A stretch of DNA of 56,257 bases, taken from NCBI GenBank assembly GCA_964348495.1, contig CAYGCZ010000004.1, positions 1-56,257 of the forward strand, read 5' to 3'. How positions within the stretch are numbered: the first letter of the stretch is position 1; the number at the start of each line of letters is the position of its first letter. The translations under genes and the position numbers were made by a program. Source of the stretch: an uncultured Candidatus Saccharibacteria bacterium (GTDB lineage: Bacteria > Patescibacteriota > Minisyncoccia > Phycocordibacterales > UBA2135). This document shows, piece after piece, positions 27,622 to 36,853 of this stretch. The notes under the pieces were generated by a model. That model did no database searches. It was given only the letters and a program-made list of their open reading frames with translations, and was not told the DNA's origin.

Positions 27622-29060
27622 ATCGGAATGGTCTTAGTAACCTCCTTGTTCAACAAGGTGCCATATTTACTGGCAGGAAGGACGGTTACGATTACACTGT
27701 CTGCACCAATTTTCAGAGAAGTTATTTTTCCATATCCTATCCTATAACACGGCAGAAGCATCACTAACGATTCAAAAAAGAACCGCGAAAGACGTACGCA
27801 TGTTTCAGCAATATGCCCTCCACGGAGTGCATACCAACTGTGATTGAGCACTTCTCGTACACTAAATAGGTACGCACGCGGTAGGCGCGGGAGACGCAAT
27901 CGCCATGCACAGGCACCATCAAGACCATTTTCAAAAATACCGGTTGTTGGATTTCGGTGCTGTAGGCGCGTGTTTATTAAAATACGCCTCTGTTCATTGG
28001 TGTCAGTAAAAACCTCTTTCCCGTGAAAGGTGTATGAAAATGGTTCGACGCGGGATGCTTGATTAAACAGTGCTTCAATACTGTCGATGCGAGTAAGCCA
28101 CGCAAGGTGCGCGGTCCAAAATATCGGGCACTGAAAATTAACATTCAGTCCCTTATGCGAGTGAAGAAAACCGTCAAAGAAGTGTTGCCTGATTTGATAG
28201 AGCACATTGTTGAGAGCAACTTTTGCATGAGGATTTTTTGAGTGAGCCAGCGCATATGCATCAAATGAATGCGAAGCAACCTCATACGAAGAGAGCCAGT
28301 ACCATCGTTTACACTCCATGCGCATGTCTTTAATCCCCTCGTTATCATACATTGAAAGTAACGCTCCCACTCCTGCTTCAATGCGTGCATCGTACTCATC
28401 GCCTTCCATCTCCAACAAGTGAAGCGAATACTGCATAAAGGCAGTATGGCGAGACTGATAAAACGTAGTTAGGTCATCGTACGGGAGTGAACGTCCATCA
28501 GGATTGGGATAATAGCGAAAAAAACCGTCAGGAGTACTGTCTGCAAAAGCTTTGTGTACACTCGTTTCAGCAATTGTTCGATACATCTCTGTCTCTCCAC
28601 TATACGCGGCATACGACGCAAGGCCGGTGAGGCCCCAGAGACGCTGGTTGGTTATTTTTTTACTCCGCGCGGCTGTAATGAGATACCCCTCCGCCACTTC
28701 ACGAAGCGTCCTCTGTATCCGCATATGTTCTGCATCAGAAAAAAGAGTACGATTTCTGGAAGCAAAACGCGCGATAGTATCAACTGCGGTACCGGTGTCG
28801 ATAACATTTTGCGACATGTTCATGGGGTTTAAGTGCCCGGGGTAAAAAACCTTTGCTCCTCCTTCCGGTGAGACCACAATCAAATCAAGCAAATACCATA
28901 CCAACTCTTTACCCTTTTTTGCATCACCGAGGTAATCATAAAAATCCAACAGGTAGGCATTACTTCCCGTATGTTCAACGTGATGCTTTGAGCACATACG
29001 ATGCTTTTCAAGATACACCGCCGCCTCACGAATCATCTGTGTGAATGTTATACGCGACAT
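27618..29060 (-). CDS. uncharacterised 480-aa protein in the glycan operon
   Basis: Overlaps both neighbouring genes; helical and aromatic-rich; start at MSRITF. Confidence 0.7.
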   Translation of the reverse strand: MSRITFTQMIREAAVYLEKHRMCSKHHVEHTGSNAYLLDFYDYLGDAKKGKELVWYLLDLIVVSPEGGAKVFYPGHLNPMNMSQNVIDTGTAVDTIARFASRNRTLFSDAEHMRIQRTLREVAEGYLITAARSKKITNQRLWGLTGLASYAAYSGETEMYRTIAETSVHKAFADSTPDGFFRYYPNPDGRSLPYDDLTTFYQSRHTAFMQYSLHLLEMEGDEYDARIEAGVGALLSMYDNEGIKDMRMECKRWYWLSSYEVASHSFDAYALAHSKNPHAKVALNNVLYQIRQHFFDGFLHSHKGLNVNFQCPIFWTAHLAWLTRIDSIEALFNQASRVEPFSYTFHGKEVFTDTNEQRRILINTRLQHRNPTTGIFENGLDGACAWRLRLPRLPRAYLFSVREVLNHSWYALRGGHIAETCVRLSRFFFESLVMLLPCYRIGYGKITSLKIGADSVIVTVLPASKYGTLLNKEVTKTIPI

Positions 29061-29863
29061 ACTTGTTTGAGCGCACCCATGATAAGCGCAAAATGATAAC
29101 GCACCCTCCCCCACTCCACCGCACATGGCATGAGCACCGCTCGTGGATGGCGAACATGATACCACAAGACCTTTAGGGTGATACCTGCTATTGATCTCAT
29201 ATTTCTGGGAAAAACACTCAGGATAAAATGTCGCAGTGAAATAGCACCCAGCGATTCGAGCTCACGACGTACGTATTTCTTATTTCGTCCCATGTACCTA
29301 TAGACAAAATCATCATCGAGATAGACATACCACGGAGCAGTGAGCATGCTTGTAGCTCCGGGTGTTTGAGAAAACACCGGTCTTTCATGGACTGGTTTAA
29401 CCATACGCACACCACGATCAGTTCGCACGATCCGATATTGATAGCCGGGATAGTTTGCGGCGTATTCGATCATTCGTCCCCTCCACCACATACGAATAGG
29501 AATACGATACCCGTCTTCAGTACCGCTCTGTGCAATGTGTGTAAGTGCGACAACTAGATCCGGAGAGGCCGCCTCATCGGAGTCGAGAATGAGGAGATAC
29601 GGATGTTTTGCCTCCGCAATAAGTTGGTTTTTGGCGCATGAGAAATCTTTTAGGAAACCATGCGAATCTTTACACACCTCATCTTGAGCAATGACACGCG
29701 CACCATATTCACGCGCAATATCCAACGTATCGTCCGTTGATCCACCGTCAGAGATGACAATATCATCACAATTCTTAACACTCTCAAGCGCGCGCCGGAG
29801 TGTTTTTCCGGAGTTGAAGGTAAGTATACCAACAGAACATTGGATGTGAGTTATTTTTGACAT
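29048..29863 (-). CDS. GT2 glycosyltransferase
   Basis: ILTFNS, DGGSTDDT, LDSDE, VHE; start at MSKITH. Confidence 0.9.
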   Translation of the reverse strand: MSKITHIQCSVGILTFNSGKTLRRALESVKNCDDIVISDGGSTDDTLDIAREYGARVIAQDEVCKDSHGFLKDFSCAKNQLIAEAKHPYLLILDSDEAASPDLVVALTHIAQSGTEDGYRIPIRMWWRGRMIEYAANYPGYQYRIVRTDRGVRMVKPVHERPVFSQTPGATSMLTAPWYVYLDDDFVYRYMGRNKKYVRRELESLGAISLRHFILSVFPRNMRSIAGITLKVLWYHVRHPRAVLMPCAVEWGRVRYHFALIMGALKQVCRV

Positions 29864-29981
29864 TGATAGATACGTATTATCATATAGCACTGAAATCAAA
29901 ATTGGAATTGATTGCTGAAGGAACACACAACAAGGTCGATGCGTTTTCACACACGCGAACAACCAACCAATGTGAAATACT

Positions 29982-30734
29982 TTAAAAAAACCGGCGAATG
30001 CCTGTATACCAATATTGCGCTACGCTTGCATATCGCGCGATGTCAGCCGGAGTATCGTTTTTCAATATGACAAGGCGCGGTAAAAGCCATCGGCTTTTAC
30101 CGCGCCTTACAAGATTGCGTTTAATCGAGAACGCCGCGCGGTACCCCGCTTCACGAACTGCCTGTATTGCCTCTTCAGAATAATTTCCGCCGGGATAGGC
30201 AAATACATCAGCCGGAAACGGTGGCTGGACTTCCTGTACAATATCTGCCTTAGCAAGCTTCGAGAGATTGGCGTGTGTTTTTGAGTGATAGCCAATAGTA
30301 ATAAGCGGATGGGCACCAAGACGCTTTACCGCTTCTTGAGTAAGTAATGGAATATTGTTTTTGAGCGCACCTCGACTCTCTACACTATCGCCTATTACAA
30401 AAAGAGTCGCGGGTACGGCATATTTTTCAAGGATAGGGAGCGCGGTTGTTTCAAAATCAACATACCCATCATCGAAGGTAACCGCTATCACTTTCTTCGG
30501 GAACCCGATTCTTTTATTTTCGTACCAATCGATAATATCTTCGAGTGATACAAACGAGGTGCCCTTTTTTTTAAGTTGTGCGAGATGCACCGCAAAATCT
30601 ATCGGGGGCACAGCGGTTTCGTGCGCATCTTCAGAAATAGAGTGGTAACACAAAATAGCCACTTCCCGAAAATGAAAAATCCGATCAAGAAAACAACGTA
30701 TCGCGTAAAGAATATTAAGCAAGATTTTTTTCAT
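29982..30734 (-). CDS. polysaccharide deacetylase (NodB/CE4)
   Basis: ILCYHSI, VTFDDGY, HSKTH, FAYPGG. Confidence 0.92.
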   Translation of the reverse strand: MKKILLNILYAIRCFLDRIFHFREVAILCYHSISEDAHETAVPPIDFAVHLAQLKKKGTSFVSLEDIIDWYENKRIGFPKKVIAVTFDDGYVDFETTALPILEKYAVPATLFVIGDSVESRGALKNNIPLLTQEAVKRLGAHPLITIGYHSKTHANLSKLAKADIVQEVQPPFPADVFAYPGGNYSEEAIQAVREAGYRAAFSIKRNLVRRGKSRWLLPRLVILKNDTPADIARYASVAQYWYTGIRRFF

Positions 30735-31620
30735 ACAATGAAAGAATTGCCGGCACGAGGGATTGGAGCGCGTGATGTGTGCGAACATACTCGACCGAGA
30801 GTGGAAGCTTTGAAGTTGCAGGGTCACTCGTATCAACAACACACCCTGACGCAGCGGCCTCAAGAACTACCTTATCAAGTGAGCCTGTTTGTGATCGATG
30901 GACAAGCCTTGCCGCTTTTCTATACTCATCTCGCAGTTCTTTTTGTGAGAGCGGGCCGAGAAATGTTACCTCGACACCAAGCTCGGACGCGAGTGCTTTT
31001 AATGCATCGCGTTCCGTGCCACTACCCGCAATACGGAGCGCACGCGTCTCCTCCTTGGCAACACGAATCACCTCATCATGGTGCTTTATCGACATCAACC
31101 GTCCAACTGACAAAAGGTGTGCGCCACGTTTGATTGTAGGATCTGGTGAAAAAAAGTGAGTATCAATACCATGTCCCATGACATGCAATTTACTACTTTT
31201 GAAACGAAAACTTTCTTTTGTACCACTAAAGATGTGATGTGCAAGTTTCTCCGCAATACGAAGTTTCAAATCAACGCTCTTGTGCATATACCACAACCCA
31301 ATCGTCTTCCCCCACATGCGCCAGAGCAAGCCCCCCAAGACGACGTATTCGGGGTTCATATGCACAAAAACGCTGTCGTAGTTTGTGCGCTCTTGCCAGA
31401 TGAAGCGATAGAAGCGGGTGAGGTATTTTATTCGCGACACGCCGTGTTCCTTTCCCAAGGAAAGCACGCGGACGTTTTTAGGCAGATCGTGCATGCCTTC
31501 ATACAGGCAGATGACGGTTACGTTTTGGCAGTGCTTGGCAAACTCCTCTATCCACCCGTGAAAAAAGCCGAGTACGTCGTCATTTTTGTCCACTTTTTGT
31601 GTGATGATGAGCAGGTTCAT
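30715..31620 (-). CDS. GT4 glycosyltransferase
   Basis: MNLLIITQKVDKNDDVLGFFHGW; TGSLDKVVLEA. Confidence 0.88.
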   Translation of the reverse strand: MNLLIITQKVDKNDDVLGFFHGWIEEFAKHCQNVTVICLYEGMHDLPKNVRVLSLGKEHGVSRIKYLTRFYRFIWQERTNYDSVFVHMNPEYVVLGGLLWRMWGKTIGLWYMHKSVDLKLRIAEKLAHHIFSGTKESFRFKSSKLHVMGHGIDTHFFSPDPTIKRGAHLLSVGRLMSIKHHDEVIRVAKEETRALRIAGSGTERDALKALASELGVEVTFLGPLSQKELRDEYRKAARLVHRSQTGSLDKVVLEAAASGCVVDTSDPATSKLPLSVEYVRTHHALQSLVPAILSLYEKNLA

Positions 31621-32513
31621 ACGATATGATCGGTACCGCATGTGCCCATGCCGTAGACACCCTCCAGAAGATCGCTATCTTTGCCGCTCTCGCAGAGCAA
31701 GCGCTTGTTCTTCTCTTCAAGTGCACGCAGTGCAAGAACGCCGGCCGTGTCGCCTACCGCTTTTTCGTACAGGGTGGCAAAGGCGGCGAAATCTTTGATG
31801 AAGCAGTGTCCGCCGGCACCACGGCCGGGAGGGGTGTCTTTGTCGGCATGCCCGCTGTGAAAGACAGGGTTGGTGTGCGACGCGCCGATGCGTTCGTCGG
31901 CGACCATCATCTCCCGCACCACATCCCACGCACAACCCTCCTTTGCCGCAAGGTCGTAGAGCATATTCATAAAGACGACCTTGGTAAAGAGGAAACAATT
32001 GCCGGCGTACTTGACCAGCTCCGCCTCGCGAGCACTGCAGATGCGCACATACGGCGCGGTGGGCAGGACGGCGATCACCTCTTCCGCCTTCGCCCGATAC
32101 GCCTCGGTATCACGCGGAATGCCGATGATGGTACGCGCAGGGTGAGCCGCATCGTAGGCGGCGGAGGCCTCGCGCAGAAACTCCGGCGAGTGGAGCACGA
32201 AGAGGTCGGGATACGCCTCTTGCAAAGCTTCGGTCGTGCCGGGTGCGAGGGTGGACTTGATAACGGCGACGGTTCCGGGTGCGAGGTGCGCGAGCACGCC
32301 CTTCACGATGCTCGCATCAAACCCGGCAGGGGTCGTCGGCGTCGGCACCGCCACAAAGACGATGCCGCACTCCTTGATGCGTTCCGCATTCGTATCATGC
32401 GGCGCCTCTTTGGCATACCGCACCACCCCAAAACCGCGCGTCTCAAAATCGTCGGCATAGTGCTTGCCGATCCACCCCTGGCCGATAAAACCGATTGTGC
32501 TTGATTGTTCCAT
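31617..32513 (-). CDS. UDP-glucose/GDP-mannose dehydrogenase family, lacking the C-terminal domain
   Basis: GFIGQGWIG, VPTP, IKST, SPEFLRE, AELVKY, GGHCFIKD; only ~298 aa. Confidence 0.85.
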   Translation of the reverse strand: MEQSSTIGFIGQGWIGKHYADDFETRGFGVVRYAKEAPHDTNAERIKECGIVFVAVPTPTTPAGFDASIVKGVLAHLAPGTVAVIKSTLAPGTTEALQEAYPDLFVLHSPEFLREASAAYDAAHPARTIIGIPRDTEAYRAKAEEVIAVLPTAPYVRICSAREAELVKYAGNCFLFTKVVFMNMLYDLAAKEGCAWDVVREMMVADERIGASHTNPVFHSGHADKDTPPGRGAGGHCFIKDFAAFATLYEKAVGDTAGVLALRALEEKNKRLLCESGKDSDLLEGVYGMGTCGTDHIV

Positions 32514-32536
32514 ACCTAACCTATATAAAATGAGTA

Positions 32537-33673
32537 TTACCGCACGCACGCCTCCCACCGCTCCACCTGTTGTTTGGCGTAGGTGTCCGTGCCGCCGGCG
32601 CCCACCATATGCTCAACCGCGCTCTGCGCCTTAAAGGCCGTTTGGCGACGCAAACCGGAGTTTTGCAAGAGCAGGACTACCTGCTCCGCCAAACACTTCT
32701 CGTCGCCAACGGGGCAGATGAGCGCCGCACGCCCAGATCCGAAGACTTCGCGCGCGATGCCGACATCCGTCGTTACGATAGGGCAATCCGATGCCGCCGC
32801 CTCGACCAAGGTAAGACCATATCCTTCGTACAAAGATGAGGTCAGAAAGATATCGGCTGTTTTGAAGCACGAGAGCGGATCGTCTGCCCACGGCTCAAAG
32901 GCGACAGCATCGGCCACCCCATACTGCGCCGCGAACACGGCGAGGCGCGCCCGTTCCGGCCCGCTCCCTACGATGACCAGTCCGGCGCGCGGATGCCCCG
33001 CCCTGACCGAAGCGAAAGCGCGCAGAGCTGTCGGGATATCCTTTTCTTCCGTAAGGCGCGAGAGCATGAGGATGATCTCGGTAAACTGCGGGTATGCCGC
33101 ATGCAGGTCGCGCAGGGGCATGTAGTTCCTGATGCGCCGAATGTCGGTGTAGATCGGCAGAACGAAGGGTGCTTGCCGGAGCGCAACACCTCCCTCCGTA
33201 AGCGAGCGCGCGATGCGCTCGCTTACGACGCGCACGCAATCGGCGCGCGGCAAAAGAAACCGCGCCAGCATGACTCGTATTTTGTTAAAAACCGAGCTTT
33301 TAACAAAATAGGGGCTTAAAAAATCGGTGTGTATCTGGAGCTGGAGGCGCGCGCCTATGGCGCGCGCCACTCGCCACGCCGCGTATCCCGCCTCAAACGG
33401 GTCTTGCGCCGTCACGATGTCGGCGCCGCCTACGGCGGCGCCGATCCGCGCCGCATCAAAAGGGTACCGCCACCTGCTCGTCGAGTTCGTCGGGTGAAGC
33501 GTAATGTTCGCCTCCAACTTCTGCACACTCAATCCAAGCTCACGCCCGGCAAAGACGATGATATGCATCTCTTCAAGAAGGCGAGAATACGCCCGCATTC
33601 GCTCCCGAACCGCACTCCCCTCTTCAAAAAGTTTCCGGTCGGAGCCGATCATGATAACCGTCAGTCCTTTCAT
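32537..33673 (-). CDS. GT4 glycosyltransferase
   Basis: TAQDPFEAG; SLYEGYGLTLVEAAA. Confidence 0.9.
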   Translation of the reverse strand: MKGLTVIMIGSDRKLFEEGSAVRERMRAYSRLLEEMHIIVFAGRELGLSVQKLEANITLHPTNSTSRWRYPFDAARIGAAVGGADIVTAQDPFEAGYAAWRVARAIGARLQLQIHTDFLSPYFVKSSVFNKIRVMLARFLLPRADCVRVVSERIARSLTEGGVALRQAPFVLPIYTDIRRIRNYMPLRDLHAAYPQFTEIILMLSRLTEEKDIPTALRAFASVRAGHPRAGLVIVGSGPERARLAVFAAQYGVADAVAFEPWADDPLSCFKTADIFLTSSLYEGYGLTLVEAAASDCPIVTTDVGIAREVFGSGRAALICPVGDEKCLAEQVVLLLQNSGLRRQTAFKAQSAVEHMVGAGGTDTYAKQQVERWEACVR

Positions 33674-33676
33674 AGG

Positions 33677-34813
33677 TCATTTCATTGTAACATACGAGAA
33701 TACATCCATGTGTTCCCGCAGGGCATCATCCCACGAATACGCATACTCGATCGCCCCAAAAGCCTTGGAAAATCGCTCATATTCAGCCCCGTCGGCAAGC
33801 CGCCGCATTATCTCCGCAAGCTCTTCTGCAACGTGCGGGTCGAAGGTCTCCGGCACCTGATCCAAGAAAGGTACGTACGTCTCCCGCGTGATCACGAAGG
33901 GGATAGCAAGCGAGAGCAGTTCGGCGGCTTGGTTGGGAGAAATATCCGTCCAACTCGGGATCACTGCGTAGGCGCAGTCCTTCACGCGCGCGTAGAGCTC
34001 ATCGCGGCGCATTGCGGGAAGAAGCGCGATGCGCTCTCCCATCCCCGCATCTTTGATGCGCCGCTCCAGGGCTCCTCTTTGCGGCCCGTCACCGATGATC
34101 GCGAGATGCCACAGCGCAGGAAGGTTGGCGATGCGAAAAGCATCGATCAACACCTCCACATTTTTCATAACGATCAACCGCCCAAAAAAGATGATCTCTT
34201 TCGTCGGTGTGCCGCGCACTACGCCCGGGATGGGCTGTGGAACCGGGTTTACAATAACGCTCGTCTGTTCCTCCGCAAGGCCATAGGGCGAGAGCGAGAG
34301 TATGCGCTGACGTTCCGAATTGAACACGATATGTGAGGCGCGAGCAAGTACGAAACGGATGATCCGATAGATCGTCGCATACTCGGGCATCATATGAAGA
34401 CCGCGCCTATAGAATTCATCAAGGGTGACAGGCGCATGCCCATCCTGCAAATACTTCTCCCAAATATAGCCGCCGCCCACGCGTACGACAAAAGGCCTGC
34501 GCCATATCCCGCACGAAAGCGCCGCAGGCAATCCGGCCGCAAGCCAGTCGAGCGAGTAGACAAGATCATAGCGCGGCAAACGCCACAGCAGTGCAAAAAA
34601 GAAGCGCAGGTAGTTGGAAAGCTTGCCACGGCGCACTATACGCACGATAGGGAAACCATGCGCCGCATCACCATCGTAGGAGCGTGTGGCTGAATAGGTT
34701 ACCACCGCAACCTCATGCCCCGCCTCCACGAGCTTCTCGGCGATACGCGGCGCATAGGTCGCCGGCCCACCCGATTCCGGCTCAAAAATACCCGTTGTTA
34801 TCAGGATCTTCAT
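33677..34813 (-). CDS. GT4 glycosyltransferase
   Basis: MKILITTGIFEPESGGPATY; FFGRLIVMKN; PSWTDISPNQAAE. Confidence 0.88.
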   Translation of the reverse strand: MKILITTGIFEPESGGPATYAPRIAEKLVEAGHEVAVVTYSATRSYDGDAAHGFPIVRIVRRGKLSNYLRFFFALLWRLPRYDLVYSLDWLAAGLPAALSCGIWRRPFVVRVGGGYIWEKYLQDGHAPVTLDEFYRRGLHMMPEYATIYRIIRFVLARASHIVFNSERQRILSLSPYGLAEEQTSVIVNPVPQPIPGVVRGTPTKEIIFFGRLIVMKNVEVLIDAFRIANLPALWHLAIIGDGPQRGALERRIKDAGMGERIALLPAMRRDELYARVKDCAYAVIPSWTDISPNQAAELLSLAIPFVITRETYVPFLDQVPETFDPHVAEELAEIMRRLADGAEYERFSKAFGAIEYAYSWDDALREHMDVFSYVTMK

Positions 34814-34846
34814 ATATCAAATAATACCATAGTGATATCACAGCGA

Positions 34847-34917
34847 GGCCATCATCGTTTCGAGGCGGTCAGACTTGGCCGAGCGGCCCGGAGTGCCGCC
34901 TCGAAACGATGATGGCC
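34847..34917. repeat. 22-bp perfect inverted repeat enclosing an inner hairpin
   Basis: ggccatcatcgtttcgaggcgg ... ccgcctcgaaacgatgatggcc. Confidence 0.75.
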
Positions 34918-34929
34918 GAGCATAGAAAT

Positions 34930-35619
34930 TCACCCGATCCTCCAATCAATCGGCTCCATACCGTGCTTTTTGAGATACTCGTTCGTCAGAGAAAAATGTT
35001 TACAGCCAAAGAAGCCGGCGGAGGCCGAGTATGGCGAGGGGTGGGGGGCCTCGAGCACGAGGTGTTTACTGCGGTCGATGACCCTCCCCCGTTCTTGCGC
35101 ATTCTTGCCCCAGAGCATAAAGACGAGGTGTTCGCGCCGCTCCGAGAGCGCTTTGATCGCCGCATCAGTGAGGTGCTCCCAGCCCTTGCCATGATGCGAC
35201 ATGGGCATACCCTCTGCGACGGTGAGCGTCGCATTCAAGAGCAAGACGCCCTGCTTGGCCCACGGCGAGAGGTCGCCCGTCGTCGGGGTCGGAAGCGCGA
35301 GATCACTGCGCAACTCCTTGTAAATATTTTGTAGCGAAGGCGGCACACGCACTCCTTCCTGCACTGAAAAAGAGAGGCCGTGTGCCTGCCCGCGGCCGTG
35401 ATACGGATCCTGACCCAAGATGACCACCTTGACCATAGTGAACGGGCAAAGGTCGAAGGCGTTGAAGATCAATTTCGCGGGAGGATACACCGCCTTACCT
35501 GATGCGTACTCCCCCTTCACAAAGCCGGCGAGTTCCTTAAAATACGGCTTGGCGAACTCCTCCGCCAAGACCTCCTTCCATGACGGCTCAATACGTACGT
35601 TCATTGCAGAATCATTCAT
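34930..35619 (-). CDS. ung: uracil-DNA glycosylase (family 1)
   Basis: VVILGQDPYH, GLSFSV, PPSLQNIYKE, GVLLLNA, HPSPYS. Confidence 0.97.
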   Translation of the reverse strand: MNDSAMNVRIEPSWKEVLAEEFAKPYFKELAGFVKGEYASGKAVYPPAKLIFNAFDLCPFTMVKVVILGQDPYHGRGQAHGLSFSVQEGVRVPPSLQNIYKELRSDLALPTPTTGDLSPWAKQGVLLLNATLTVAEGMPMSHHGKGWEHLTDAAIKALSERREHLVFMLWGKNAQERGRVIDRSKHLVLEAPHPSPYSASAGFFGCKHFSLTNEYLKKHGMEPIDWRIG

Positions 35620-35875
35620 AGAGTTCACTGTGGGTTCCGATGGTTGCTAAAACATATACTCCACGCTCAATCTCATCGTAGATAATCCGATAATCCCCCG
35701 TTACGCGAATACTGCGAAAACCGGCATACTCACCGTGCAACGGATGATTTTCCAGAAGCGGATCAAAAGGATCAGCAACAAAAATACGCAAACGCGCGAC
35801 AACTGCCTTACGCACGGCCGATGGCAACTTTTGGAATGCCTTCTTGAAGCGTCGATGACGAATGAGGACGACCAT
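35612..35875 (-). CDS. RelE/YafQ-family toxin
   Basis: FKKAFQKL, LENHPLHGEYAGFRSI.VTGDYRIIY, IGTHSELY. Confidence 0.9.
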   Translation of the reverse strand: MVVLIRHRRFKKAFQKLPSAVRKAVVARLRIFVADPFDPLLENHPLHGEYAGFRSIRVTGDYRIIYDEIERGVYVLATIGTHSELYE

Positions 35876-35886
35876 AGACGGATAGC

Positions 35887-36162
35887 TTATGATTCAAGAT
35901 CGGCTATAAGATCGTCCACATTCGAGAACGCAGTTATATTTTTCTTTTCTTTCAGATCACGCCTCACCGCATCAAGTACAGCCCTGGTGCGCGCATTAGG
36001 CATAAGGGGCGCATCAAAGGCGATACGCCTGTCGCGCGCAAACGAACGCAAGTAGGCGTTCAAAATGGTCGAGAGCGGTATGCCGATATCCTGCGCCGCC
36101 TCCTGCGCCGCCTTTTTCACTTTTGCATCCGTCTTTAAGAGAAGAGTGGTCTTCGTATTCAT
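35887..36162 (-). CDS. RelB/DinJ-like antitoxin
   Basis: KTDAKVKKAAQEAAQDIGIPLSTILNAYLR, PNART, FSNVDDLIADL; upstream of the toxin. Confidence 0.85.
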   Translation of the reverse strand: MNTKTTLLLKTDAKVKKAAQEAAQDIGIPLSTILNAYLRSFARDRRIAFDAPLMPNARTRAVLDAVRRDLKEKKNITAFSNVDDLIADLES

Positions 36163-36193
36163 ATACCAAAGTATATAGAATGGTATATTTGTG

Positions 36194-36297
36194 TCAATGC
36201 CTGATAGTCGCACGAAACACCCGCTCTTTCATGTCCTTGGCGATGAGATTCCAGTCGTATTTTTTGAAGGCAAGATCGCGGGCGTTTTTGATTATGC
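36194..36297 (-). pseudogene. orphan C-terminal fragment of a GT4 gene
   Basis: IIKNARDLAFKKYDWNLIAKDMKERVF aligns with ISERARAMVEKEYDWDKIAHTMQSDVF at the end of the 38732..40855 gene. Confidence 0.7.
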
Positions 36298-36310
36298 TAT
36301 CATAACAACT

Positions 36311-36853
36311 ATGAAGATCGTTATAGCGACCCCTCTCTACCCTCCCGATATCGCGCAGCCTGCACCGTATGTGAAAGAACTCGCGCGGCGATTGTGCCCC
36401 AAACATGCGGTTACGGTAGTTACCTATGGACATCATCCGGAACATAGTAATGGTGTTGAAATCATTACCATCGACAAACGACTATCTCTTCCGATACGCC
36501 TCGTACGATTTGCCAGAGCTCTCCGCAAAGCTGCGAAAGCGTCCGATATCGTGTATGTGGAGAACGGTCCTTCCGTTGAGTTTCCGGCAGGGATCATCGC
36601 TCGACTCACCCGCACACCTCTGGTAGTGCACCTCGGCGATAACGTCGCGCACCGACACGCCGGAGAGACTATACTCTATGGGTTATTGGAGCGCTTCGCC
36701 GTGAGTGGCGCCCAAGCTGTTATCACCGACACGCCGCCACCCCGCCCCGAGATATTGCCCTTTGATCCACCGCCGCACGAAGCGATGGCGGCATATACTA
36801 CCTGGTGGACGAATCACCTCGAACATCTCGAAAAAATCTTCACTCATGTCTAA
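36311..36853 (+). CDS. stand-alone GT4 N-terminal-domain protein
   Basis: MKIVIATPLYPPDIAQPAPYVKELA is similar to the N-terminus of the 33677..34813 GT4; 180 aa with no nucleotide-sugar-binding domain. Confidence 0.7.
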   Translation: MKIVIATPLYPPDIAQPAPYVKELARRLCPKHAVTVVTYGHHPEHSNGVEIITIDKRLSLPIRLVRFARALRKAAKASDIVYVENGPSVEFPAGIIARLTRTPLVVHLGDNVAHRHAGETILYGLLERFAVSGAQAVITDTPPPRPEILPFDPPPHEAMAAYTTWWTNHLEHLEKIFTHV

